Virus record (IMG/VR): IMGVR_UViG_3300027904_000001
Source of the DNA: a virus
Reading direction: 5' to 3' (one strand)
Length of the DNA stretch: 25,217 nucleotides
In this document: piece by piece, positions 16,903 through 24,508 of the stretch
Numbering within the stretch: the stretch's first letter is position 1
Layout: every line of letters begins with the position of its first letter
Notes under the pieces: generated by a model
Seen by the model: only the letters and a program-made list of their open reading frames with translations
Databases searched by the model: none
What the model was told of the DNA's origin: nothing
Program-made: the position numbers and the translations under genes

Positions 16903-17356
16903 ACCAATGTATAGAGGCAGAGCCTATAGTAAAAAAACATTTCTTGCACAGCCTTTGAATGAAACAGCTACCACAATCTACGTCATAGATAGCTCTGTTT
17001 TGCCTCCAGCCCCGAACATGGCAACAATAGGTGATGAACGAACCGCAGAAACTATTCGTTATGGATTAATTATTGGTAATGAATTAAGGAATGTTACAAG
17101 AGCAGCCGAAGAAGAAAGCGTTGCACAAGCTTGGCAACCTGACACTCCTATTGCAAACTATATTACCGCTAAACTATTAAATAATATGGCCGATAACATT
17201 GATACTATAAATGAAGAAATAACCGAAGAAATAGGTTTAAAAAATCATATTATAGATCCTATGCCGCATAGATTCGTTGCTAATAATATTAATTATCAAT
17301 ATGGATTTTCAGTTGATAATACTGGTGGATTAATTTTAAAATATGAGGTGGTTTGA
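16889..17356 (+). CDS. hypothetical tail/baseplate protein
   Basis: TTG at 16889 or ATG at 16907. Its stop TGA overlaps the ATG of the next gene (ATGA). About 150-155 aa. No family recognised. Confidence 0.5.
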   Translation: MAELKPMYRGRAYSKKTFLAQPLNETATTIYVIDSSVLPPAPNMATIGDERTAETIRYGLIIGNELRNVTRAAEEESVAQAWQPDTPIANYITAKLLNNMADNIDTINEEITEEIGLKNHIIDPMPHRFVANNINYQYGFSVDNTGGLILKYEVV

Positions 17357-19638
17357 TGCCCGAAATTAGAGTAGCAAGACAAGATACGTCAGAAACAATC
17401 AAAACTATAGTTGAAACAATAGATGAAAAACAAGGCAATTACGCAGAAACGCCTCATGAAAATGGCAGAACCCAATTTTCATTGTTAAAATATGTCACAA
17501 CTACTTTATCATCTGTTAAAGATTTTTTTGATGCAAAAATATCTTCAAGGGCGTCAAGTATTGAGGCTCAGGCTATTAAAGATAAAATAGGCTCTCCGAA
17601 TCCTACACAAGGGAACATGACAAATGTTATGAATGGATTGAAATTAATTCATGATGACATGCCGGAAGCAAAAACTACTGTCTTAGAATGGGAATCGAGT
17701 CCAGTTGAAGTAGGATTATGGGATCCAATTCCAATCCAAACATTTGAACTTTATAGGAACAGACATATGACGGGGGCTATTGGTTGTTATTATAAAGGAT
17801 ATTTTTATATAGGCGGGAATAGCACAAAACAGAATTCATTTATGAGATATAAAGCAGAAACATTAAACGATAGATGGGAAATATTGCCTGATGCACCCGT
17901 CACATTGAATTTATATAATTTCTGTTTTTCTTATAATGATCATATTTATTGGTTAGGTTCATATCCAGCAACATTGAATCAATTTTGGCGGTATAATATA
18001 AACTTAAGAATATGGGAGCGAATGGCTGATACCCCTGTAGCATCTGCATATTATGGCCGTGGAGCATTCATAAATGGGATATTATATGTAGTAGGTATGA
18101 CTACAGTACCTAACTCTTTATATTCTTATAACCCAATTACTAATACATGGTCATCTCCGTTAGCTGCTCCTGGATTTAATGCGAGTAATGCAGCCGTCGC
18201 AGTATACAATAATGAACTATATGTATTTGGTACAACCGTGAATCAATCAGTAAAATATAATCCATCAACAAACATTTGGATACCATTAGCCAATCCTGTA
18301 ACAACAAGTATTGGCGGTTGGGGTTGCCTTATAGATAGTAAAATTTATATAATGGGGCCAACTACAACATTTAAATCTTATGATATACCTAATAATACAT
18401 GGGAAGCATTACCCGCTCTACCTATTACAATTGCTAGTCGCTTGGGACTTACTGACGGAACACTATTATATTATTTTGGGTTAGATGCTAATTATTTAGC
18501 TGTCGCATCCCAAAATCCAAAATTGACTACAACATGGTCATATTTATGGACAGGATACATGCCTACATTACCAAGTAATCCTTCGTTTGTACGTAAAGAC
18601 AATATCGTTTATATAGGCGGTAGTGCTACTAACCTAGGGCAATTGGCGACATTCGATTTAATTTCGCATGATATTGGATGGGAGATACCTGCAACAAGCC
18701 AATTAATTGCACCACCAGCTGATTTAAGAAATGCATGTGCTTTTGAATATAAAAATGAATTATATTTTATTGGAGCTACTGTTGCAACAGCCGGCACAGG
18801 CAATATATTCAGAAAATATAATTTGGTTACTAAGATATGGGCTAATTTGCCTAATGTACCCGGAAATACATTAAGAAGTCAAGCAATAGTAAATAATGAC
18901 GAAGTATATGTTTTACAAGGGAATACGGGCGGTACGGGATTTTGGAAATATAATTTTGCTAATAATGTATGGATTACGCTTCCGGCTACCGTTGCAATGC
19001 TTCATGTTGTTGCTGAATTGTATGATGACAAAATATATACAATTCAAGTTAACAATGTTAGAACATATGACTTTAGTGATGGGAATTGGCGATTAATAAC
19101 TGATCGTGCAATAGCCGCCCGGTTACAAACAACAGGCGTTGCAGGTACGGCCATAGTAGGTCTATTTGAAGGAGTAATTCCTATTGTTATTTTAACTCCT
19201 GGAAATATTCCTAGTAGTACTCTTGATGAAGATGATATTTATATAATTACGGATACTGCAAGTCAACCTTTGTTAAAATATTCTATTCCTGACAGGATAG
19301 GCAAACCAATATCTGTTCCACCGGTAGCACCTCAAAACGGAGGTCTTTTTGTTATGAACGATTGGTTGTATTTAGTATCACCTATCGGAGTAGCGGGAGC
19401 AGGATACCCAAATATTTATAGATGTAAATTGCGTGAAATGGCTTGGGAGCCAGACATTTTGACTCCAATAAAGCAAGGACAAGAAATATTTTATACAACT
19501 ACTAATAATAATTTATTTTTAACTTTTGACAATGTTAGAATAGCGTCAAATACAAAGTGGCAAGCGTATAATGATGGATTTATTGTGACTGATTGGTCTA
19601 AATCCGTTAAAGGCAAAATAAGAGCATTTTTAACCTAA
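17353..19638 (+). CDS. Kelch-like tandem beta-propeller tail fibre / receptor-binding protein candidate; paralog of 381..2603
   Basis: The likely start is the ATG at 17356 with GAGGTGG RBS. Kelch-like repeats include YFYIGGN, LYVVGMT, LYVFGTT, IYIMGP, YNPITNTW, YNPSTNIW, YDIPNNTW. It sits in the canonical position of receptor-binding proteins, after Tal and before lysis. It shares blocks with 381..2603, for example LYSY(D/N)P..N.WS.PLA.PGF ... NELYVFG ... GWGCLI.SKIY.MG ... YDIP.N.W ... LPITI ... GLTDG ... NDWLY..SP.G. Confidence 0.8.
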   Translation: MMPEIRVARQDTSETIKTIVETIDEKQGNYAETPHENGRTQFSLLKYVTTTLSSVKDFFDAKISSRASSIEAQAIKDKIGSPNPTQGNMTNVMNGLKLIHDDMPEAKTTVLEWESSPVEVGLWDPIPIQTFELYRNRHMTGAIGCYYKGYFYIGGNSTKQNSFMRYKAETLNDRWEILPDAPVTLNLYNFCFSYNDHIYWLGSYPATLNQFWRYNINLRIWERMADTPVASAYYGRGAFINGILYVVGMTTVPNSLYSYNPITNTWSSPLAAPGFNASNAAVAVYNNELYVFGTTVNQSVKYNPSTNIWIPLANPVTTSIGGWGCLIDSKIYIMGPTTTFKSYDIPNNTWEALPALPITIASRLGLTDGTLLYYFGLDANYLAVASQNPKLTTTWSYLWTGYMPTLPSNPSFVRKDNIVYIGGSATNLGQLATFDLISHDIGWEIPATSQLIAPPADLRNACAFEYKNELYFIGATVATAGTGNIFRKYNLVTKIWANLPNVPGNTLRSQAIVNNDEVYVLQGNTGGTGFWKYNFANNVWITLPATVAMLHVVAELYDDKIYTIQVNNVRTYDFSDGNWRLITDRAIAARLQTTGVAGTAIVGLFEGVIPIVILTPGNIPSSTLDEDDIYIITDTASQPLLKYSIPDRIGKPISVPPVAPQNGGLFVMNDWLYLVSPIGVAGAGYPNIYRCKLREMAWEPDILTPIKQGQEIFYTTTNNNLFLTFDNVRIASNTKWQAYNDGFIVTDWSKSVKGKIRAFLT

Positions 19639-19654
19639 AAGGAGGATAAAAAAA

Positions 19655-19834
19655 TTGGATAAAGATTTACAAATAGCTCCGGAGATTGCAGAAGCAATTG
19701 AGGAACTAAATGCAAAAGAGACTGTGGATTTTGTAGACGAAAATACGATTATGAATTTAAGTAATAATAAAGATGAGGATGATTGTATCTACAAGGGATG
19801 TGATTGCAAAGATGACAAAAATGAACCTGATTAA
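19655..19834 (+). CDS. 59-aa acidic peptide with a C-terminal CxxxxGCDC motif (below the ORF-track size cutoff)
   Basis: Perfect AAAGGAGGA at 19638-19646, 9 nt before the TTG at 19655. The open frame runs to the TAA at 19832-19834. Translation: MDKDLQIAPEIAEAIEELNAKETVDFVDENTIMNLSNNKDEDDCIYKGCDCKDDKNEPD. Confidence 0.45.
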   Translation: MDKDLQIAPEIAEAIEELNAKETVDFVDENTIMNLSNNKDEDDCIYKGCDCKDDKNEPD

Positions 19835-20023
19835 AAAAATAAAAAAAATATTTGGAATACAGTCACCTAGTGAAAAGACTTTTGAGGCATATTTAAAAAT
19901 AGGACAATATTTTAAAAGGCTTGAATGCAGGTGTAAACGGTACTAGAATATTAACGCCTGAAGAAGATGCCGGCGTATCCTCAGCAAAAAGAGATAAAGA
20001 TGAGGAATAAATATTGTTTTAGA

Positions 20024-20052
20024 TTGAATAAATAAGCTTTCTGTGATATAAT
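20024..20052 (+). promoter_or_regulatory. sigma-A-type promoter: TTGAAT, 17-bp spacer, extended -10 TGaTATAAT
   Basis: -35 ttgaat at 20024-20029, 17-nt spacer, and tgaTATAAT at 20044-20052. It lies in a 330-bp non-coding gap upstream of the Cys-repeat gene and would produce a ~100-nt leader. Confidence 0.45.
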
Positions 20053-20164
20053 TAAGATATCGATGCAGGGATAGGGATGTACACCCGACAAGATAGAGTC
20101 CTGGCTATTTTCCCTGTATGTTATTTCCGGGAATAATTTTAAACTCACAGGAGGTTTTATTTTT

Positions 20165-20719
20165 ATGTCCAAATTAATAGATATTACTGGAGAAAAGTTT
20201 CATAAGCTTACAGTAATAAAAAGGGTTGAAAACAAAAATAACAAAGCTTATTGGTTATGTAAATGTGATTGCGACAAAGACAAAGAAGTAATTGTATCTG
20301 GTAACAATTTGAAAACAGGTTCAGTTAAATCTTGTGGATGTCTTATTTCAGAAATGAAGTTAATTAAAAAAGAAAAAATAAATTGTACAAAAATAGTAGG
20401 TAATAAATATAATAAATTGTTAATATTGCAAATATTGGAATCAGGAAAAAATAAAGACAGATATTGTAAGTGTTTATGTGAATGCGGTAATATAAAAAAT
20501 ATATTATTATCAAGCATACTTAATAATCATACAAAAAGTTGTGGGTGTTTGCCTAAAGGTGGCAATATTATACATGGTAAATCTTATACTCGATTATATA
20601 GTATATGGCGTGATATGAAAGGCAGATGTTATAATAAAAATAATGTTAATTATATAAATTATGGATACCGAAATATATCTATTTCAAATGAATGGTTAAA
20701 TTCATTTGAATTGTTTTAG
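20165..20719 (+). CDS. Cys-repeat (zinc-ribbon-like) protein of a phage-associated family, apparently C-terminally truncated
   Basis: AGGAGG RBS. There are two copies of the CxCxC ... SCGCL motif (YWLCKCDCDKDKEV ... KSCGCL and RYCKCLCECGNIK ... KSCGCLPKG). These are followed by HGKSYTRLYSIWRDMKGRCYNKNNVNYINYGYRNISISNEW, which resembles the widespread phage motif HGxSxTRLYxIWxxMxxRCxN ... YGGRGIxVCxEW. That family normally continues about 60 aa further, but this ORF stops. Confidence 0.65.
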   Translation: MSKLIDITGEKFHKLTVIKRVENKNNKAYWLCKCDCDKDKEVIVSGNNLKTGSVKSCGCLISEMKLIKKEKINCTKIVGNKYNKLLILQILESGKNKDRYCKCLCECGNIKNILLSSILNNHTKSCGCLPKGGNIIHGKSYTRLYSIWRDMKGRCYNKNNVNYINYGYRNISISNEWLNSFELF

Positions 20720-20731
20720 ATAATATTTATA

Positions 20732-20759
20732 AATCGCTAAAAAAATAGCGATTTTTTTA
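20732..20759 (+). terminator. rho-independent terminator
   Basis: Left arm aatcgcta (20732-20739), loop aaaaaa, right arm tagcgatt (20746-20753), giving a perfect 8-bp stem, followed by a run of 7 T's. It lies immediately after the Cys-repeat gene. Confidence 0.7.
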
Positions 20760-20786
20760 TTATAAAATATAAAAGGAAGTGAAGAA

Positions 20787-21659
20787 ATGAGCAATAGTTC
20801 TTTGGTGGAATATACAAAAATTTCACCAAACAAAAATAGTCCAAGAAATGCAAAAATTGATACTATTAGTATCCATTGCGCCGCAGGAGTACTATCAATC
20901 GAAAGCTTTGCAGGATGGTTTGCACAAACAGTTGCCCAAAGTTCGTGTCAGTATATAGTAGGAGGAGACGGACGTGTAGCTTTAGTAGTGGATGAGCGGG
21001 ATAGGTCATGGTGTACGTCGTCACCGATAAACGATCATAAAGCCGTGACGATTGAGATAGTTAATAGCAAGGCTGCCTATCCATGGCCAATAACAGATAT
21101 TGCACTTGAAAAGACTATACAACTTTGTACCGATATTGCAAAACGGAATAATATTCCAAAAATAAATTATACGGGCGACAAAACAGGTAATTTAACGATG
21201 CACCGTTGGTTTTCAAACAAGGAATGTCCAGGCGATTACTTAGCAGAAAGATTTCCAATGATTGCCAATGAGGTAAACAGACGACTGACTCAGCAAATAA
21301 TAGCAAAGCCACTAATTCCAGAATCAGTCCCTGTTAAGCCCTCTTTTCCATTACTAGAACAGAATATCCAAGCGATGGTTAGTTTAGATATTTGTAAATC
21401 GCCCGAATATTGGCTCGCTAAAGACAATTTGCAGTGGCTTAACGAGCTTCTTTATAATATAGCTAATTCTGAAAAATTTTGCAAGTCCCAATATAATGAT
21501 ATAAAAACCGTAGATACGGCTTTAGACGTATTAAATTCTGTAGGAGTAATGGCAAGTCCGCTTTATTGGAGAACTTTAATTGACAATGGCATCGAGCAAT
21601 ATTTAGGCAATCTCATAATCAATATGGCTAATAAAGCTATTATTAAGGCGGTTGACTAA
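20787..21659 (+). CDS. endolysin: N-acetylmuramoyl-L-alanine amidase (Amidase_2 / T7-lysozyme-PGRP fold) with a C-terminal cell-wall-binding domain
   Basis: AAGGAAG RBS. Residues ISIHCAAG ... QYIVGGDGRV ... IEIVNS ... MHRWFSNKECPGDYL parallel T7 lysozyme (FVHCSAT ... GYHFIIKRDGTV ... HHEVAPKACP). The C-terminal ~120 aa are a separate non-catalytic domain. Confidence 0.85.
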   Translation: MSNSSLVEYTKISPNKNSPRNAKIDTISIHCAAGVLSIESFAGWFAQTVAQSSCQYIVGGDGRVALVVDERDRSWCTSSPINDHKAVTIEIVNSKAAYPWPITDIALEKTIQLCTDIAKRNNIPKINYTGDKTGNLTMHRWFSNKECPGDYLAERFPMIANEVNRRLTQQIIAKPLIPESVPVKPSFPLLEQNIQAMVSLDICKSPEYWLAKDNLQWLNELLYNIANSEKFCKSQYNDIKTVDTALDVLNSVGVMASPLYWRTLIDNGIEQYLGNLIINMANKAIIKAVD

Positions 21660-21661
21660 AA

Positions 21662-22396
21662 ATGAGTACAGTAAAAGCACTGAAACGCAATGAAATTGCT
21701 GATATCATCGGCTGGAATGGTGATGCCGAAATACTAGACCTGCTATCGGGAATAACTTATAAAATTAGAGGTTCCGTTGCTAAGACATATGATCATAGTG
21801 ATTATCAAACTATAAATTCAACAGAAACAGCCAAAAAGAAACAAGCGGGCGGCGGTACCTGGAATTGGAACGCACGCCCTGTTTTATTGCTGTTAAAAGG
21901 ACATAGAATCGCGGCATCTACGCATACATTCCCGCACTCAATTCCGGTAGCATGGCAAAGCGATAATATAGTTAATCCCCCGCTTACTAGAGCAAATGAA
22001 CGTGATGCTAACGGTAAATGGAGAATCGGTTCACATTTTTGTCTGCATTATATTGATACAATAAATATGCGAACAGCAGATACTTGGTCAATGCAAATGA
22101 ATGCGGCAGTTAAAAAAGCTTTAGAATTAGGTAATGCACCTGCAAAACAAACTGTTTCTGAACCTAAACCAGAACCCGTCAAAAAGGTTGAAATAAATCC
22201 TAACCCAGAACCAACTTTAACTGTAATACCCAGCATAATGAAATTCACCATCAATGCCAGTAAGATTAACGAAACTAAAAGCTATAATATAAACGGTTCG
22301 AATTATCCCAATCTGCGCGAATTGATGGATATTTTAAGTATAAAAGTAGATTATGACCCAACGACAAATATAATATCATTAAGAAAGGGTGATTAA
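21662..22396 (+). CDS. second cell-wall hydrolase candidate (possible YkuD-like SHxC active site) with a PEP-rich linker and a C-terminal copper-amine-oxidase-N1-type wall-binding domain
   Basis: The N-domain contains GSHFCLHY, which resembles the L,D-transpeptidase SHGC motif, and an upstream His-rich stretch. This catalytic assignment is weak. The linker reads EPKPEPVKKVEINPNPEP. The C-terminus (INGSNYPNLRELMDILSIKVDYDPTTNIISL) matches the Cu_amine_oxidN1 wall-binding repeat typical of Clostridia and Paenibacillus proteins. Confidence 0.6.
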   Translation: MSTVKALKRNEIADIIGWNGDAEILDLLSGITYKIRGSVAKTYDHSDYQTINSTETAKKKQAGGGTWNWNARPVLLLLKGHRIAASTHTFPHSIPVAWQSDNIVNPPLTRANERDANGKWRIGSHFCLHYIDTINMRTADTWSMQMNAAVKKALELGNAPAKQTVSEPKPEPVKKVEINPNPEPTLTVIPSIMKFTINASKINETKSYNINGSNYPNLRELMDILSIKVDYDPTTNIISLRKGD

Positions 22397-22705
22397 ATGA
22401 TAGATATAACTAATATAATTGCGGCCTTAGCAGGACTTTGCATTATACTGATTTCAATTTATTGTGTTCCTTATATCAAAAGATTAAAGGAATCGCAAAA
22501 TTGGGAAACTATGCAAGAAATAATCAATATTGCAACATTTGCGGCTGAGCAATTAAAATTAACTGGAAAAATTAAAGACAAGTTTGTTCATGCAAATAAT
22601 CTAGTAATGGATGAACTCAACAAAAGAAATATACATTACGATCCGGAAATTATAAGAGATTCTATCGAATCAGCGGTATATAAGAATTTCAATGACAAGA
22701 ATTAA
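22397..22705 (+). CDS. holin-like protein (single N-terminal transmembrane helix)
   Basis: AAGGGTGATTAAATG start context. The predicted TM helix is IIAALAGLCIILISIYCVPYI, followed by a charged tail. It lies directly after the lysin genes. Confidence 0.5.
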   Translation: MIDITNIIAALAGLCIILISIYCVPYIKRLKESQNWETMQEIINIATFAAEQLKLTGKIKDKFVHANNLVMDELNKRNIHYDPEIIRDSIESAVYKNFNDKN

Positions 22706-22722
22706 ACATCGAAGGTGATGAC

Positions 22723-23082
22723 ATGCAAATATTGACTAGATTAACAGAAATTCAATTATTAATGGTAACATTAGCAACATTAACAGAGATTCAAACTACT
22801 GCGATAGCTATTGAATCGGTGATCGCAATTCTAACAATCCTGGGAGGGATGATATCATTTTATTTAAACAGTAAAAAGATGCGTGACACTATAAATCAAG
22901 ATGCGAAACGGCGTATGCAAGTAGAAATCAATGTTGAAAGTATAATGAACGAGATAAAGGAAATTAAGAAAGATAATAAAGAATATCACAAAACAATGAG
23001 CAGCTTAGAAAGCGACGTAGGCCAAATAAAAAAGGAGCTTTCATTAATTTGGAACCGGTTAGACAAACTTAATAGCAAATAA
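22723..23082 (+). CDS. holin-like / XhlA-BhlA-like protein (TM helix plus coiled coil)
   Basis: GAAGGTGA RBS. The TM helix is AIAIESVIAILTILGGMISFYL, followed by the coiled coil EIKEIKKDNKEYHKTMSSLESDVGQIKKELSLIWNRLDKL. This resembles Bacillus BhlA/XhlA-type lysis proteins. Confidence 0.5.
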   Translation: MQILTRLTEIQLLMVTLATLTEIQTTAIAIESVIAILTILGGMISFYLNSKKMRDTINQDAKRRMQVEINVESIMNEIKEIKKDNKEYHKTMSSLESDVGQIKKELSLIWNRLDKLNSK

Positions 23083-23117
23083 TATACATATGGATAAAAA
23101 TAATAAGGACGTGCAAT

Positions 23118-23570
23118 GTGAAAATACCGAAGATTCCAAGAAAAATATTGGGAATGATTTTACTTTTTGCAGGGATTGTATTTATCTCATCTTATTATCA
23201 TCATTCAATCCCCGTAATTTTAGCATCAATAGCAATTTATGTTATACATTTGACACTTATGCTTACGGATATTACTACTGTTTTGAAAAATAAGATATCA
23301 CTACTTCGTGATAAAATAGACAGTTTAGCAACTGAAAAACAACTCGATAAACCTATAGAAATCAAACTTGAGAAGATCGATAATAACGAATGGATTGCAT
23401 TGTTAGAAAAATGCAATTTTACTGATGAGGAACTTAAAATTATAAAAATGCGCCGGCGCGGTTGGACACATCTTAATATCGCTGTTGAATTAAAATATCA
23501 TGAGCGCAGTATAAGTCGCAAGATTAAAAAAATAGAACAGAAAATAGAATCACACTATCATAATGCATAG
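23118..23570 (+). CDS. membrane-anchored sigma-70 region-4 / ArpU-like HTH regulator
   Basis: GTG start with AAGGA RBS. There are two N-terminal TM helices (ILGMILLFAGIVFISSYY and IPVILASIAIYVIHLTLML). The C-terminus (FTDEELKIIKMRRRGWTHLNIAVELKYHERSISRKIKKIEQKI) fits the sigma region-4 HTH pattern (LTxrExxV ... GxTxxEIAxxLgxSxxtVxxrixxaxxKL). Confidence 0.5.
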   Translation: MKIPKIPRKILGMILLFAGIVFISSYYHHSIPVILASIAIYVIHLTLMLTDITTVLKNKISLLRDKIDSLATEKQLDKPIEIKLEKIDNNEWIALLEKCNFTDEELKIIKMRRRGWTHLNIAVELKYHERSISRKIKKIEQKIESHYHNA

Positions 23571-23724
23571 TATGCGTAATGTATTATGATAGTGTTTTTA
23601 CCCCATAAATCGCTTACTGGTGAGCCGAAAATTAATTCAGCGTATAAAACATTGCCTTGAAAATCAAATGCGTTAGAATCGATTTTAGAGCGTTAATACT
23701 AATATGCTTTTTATTCCTTTCTTT

Positions 23725-24150
23725 TTAATCCGAAATCTGATTTTTAGTCTTTACCATTTTGACGGTTCCTTCCATTACATCTTTATAAACTTTGTTTGAC
23801 AATTTTTTATATAAATTATAATCGCTTATTTTACGATAATTAGAAATATCATCTATAGTTTTAATGTTTTGCGAAGAAATGCCATAAAGCAATATAGCAT
23901 TTAAGTTTTCAAATACTTTATTTATTTCATTTTTATCAGATTTATATTCGGAATCATTAACGATATTTATTAATCTTTCATATTCCACTATATCATTTAT
24001 GATATATTTTAATTTTGACATCTCCATGTCTATTGATATGTCTATATCTGTTACTGATTTTTCTGCAAGTTTCTGCCATATCAAATTCATTATTACTATT
24101 TTAGGATTATTTTCTAAATCTCTTTCATACAATGATGGTATTTTTTTCAT
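23725..24150 (-). CDS. hypothetical protein (141 aa)
   Basis: Minus-strand ORF. Its start overlaps the upstream gene's stop (coupled), with GGAATTG/GAAAGGAA-like RBS. No family recognised. Confidence 0.5.
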   Translation of the reverse strand: MKKIPSLYERDLENNPKIVIMNLIWQKLAEKSVTDIDISIDMEMSKLKYIINDIVEYERLINIVNDSEYKSDKNEINKVFENLNAILLYGISSQNIKTIDDISNYRKISDYNLYKKLSNKVYKDVMEGTVKMVKTKNQISD

Positions 24151-24398
24151 AACAATTCCTTTCTTTTAATATTGCAATGTTCAACATTATTTTTAATTAT
24201 ACTATTTTTCTCATTCCACATTTCTTGCCATTTCATTTCAACTTTCTTGGATTCGTTAAATATATTACATTCTTCTTTTATAAAATTCCGCATAGATTCT
24301 ATTATTTCAATGCACATAATGGCTGTATCCATACCCCAACATCCATCAACAGTACGTTCATTGCACCATCTTTCAAATTGTTTATAGGTCATCTCCAA
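24147..24398 (-). CDS. conserved-looking small phage protein (FERWCNERTVDGCWGMDTAIMC motif)
   Basis: The probable start is the ATG at 24392, with GGAG 7 nt upstream. The Cys/Trp-containing N-terminal motif is reminiscent of a family of small Firmicutes phage proteins. Recognised from memory only. Confidence 0.5.
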   Translation of the reverse strand: MEMTYKQFERWCNERTVDGCWGMDTAIMCIEIIESMRNFIKEECNIFNESKKVEMKWQEMWNEKNSIIKNNVEHCNIKRKELL

Positions 24399-24403
24399 AC
24401 TCC

Positions 24404-24493
24404 ATTTCTTCTATTATATTCTTATAAACTTCCGTTTGGCAAGTTGGACAACTACAACGGTGATAATGTCCATCACTCCCAAAATAATTATTA
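24404..24493 (-). CDS. possible 29-aa hydrophobic peptide MKIIIIILGVMDIITVVVVQLAKRKFIRI (not in the ORF track)
   Basis: The ATG at 24493 (minus strand) has AGAGGA 9 nt upstream. The product would be a single TM helix. It ends 6 nt before the next gene's start region. Confidence 0.3.
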
Positions 24494-24508
24494 TAATTTT
24501 CATTTGAT

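Noticed and set aside
16684-17356. 72-aa and 155-aa ORFs as a single frameshifted gene
   Set aside because: Each has its own plausible start (a strong AAGGAG RBS for the first, ATG at 16907 for the second). Only a 14-nt overlap. No evidence of a disrupted larger gene.
18609-19096. ORFs 18609..18803(-) and 18896..19096(+) inside the second Kelch-like gene
   Set aside because: Overlapping or alternative-frame ORFs within a strongly supported CDS.
19836-20164. tRNA, riboswitch or CRISPR in the 330-bp non-coding gap, and again at 23571..23724
   Set aside because: No cloverleaf-compatible T-loop/anticodon arrangement and no direct repeats with spacers. The short stems noted do not match any riboswitch class I can recognise by eye. 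Left as a promoter and leader only.
19981-20172. Minus-strand 63-aa ORF across the moron promoter/leader
   Set aside because: It covers the predicted promoter and 5' leader of the + strand gene, with no RBS. The region is better explained as regulatory non-coding sequence.
20248-22254. Minus-strand ORFs 20248..20517, 21115..21312 and 22048..22254
   Set aside because: Antisense to the Cys-repeat gene and the two lysin genes.
23090-23293. + strand 67-aa ORF overlapping the start of 23118..23570
   Set aside because: Out-of-frame overlap with the longer membrane/HTH gene, which has the better RBS and domain logic.
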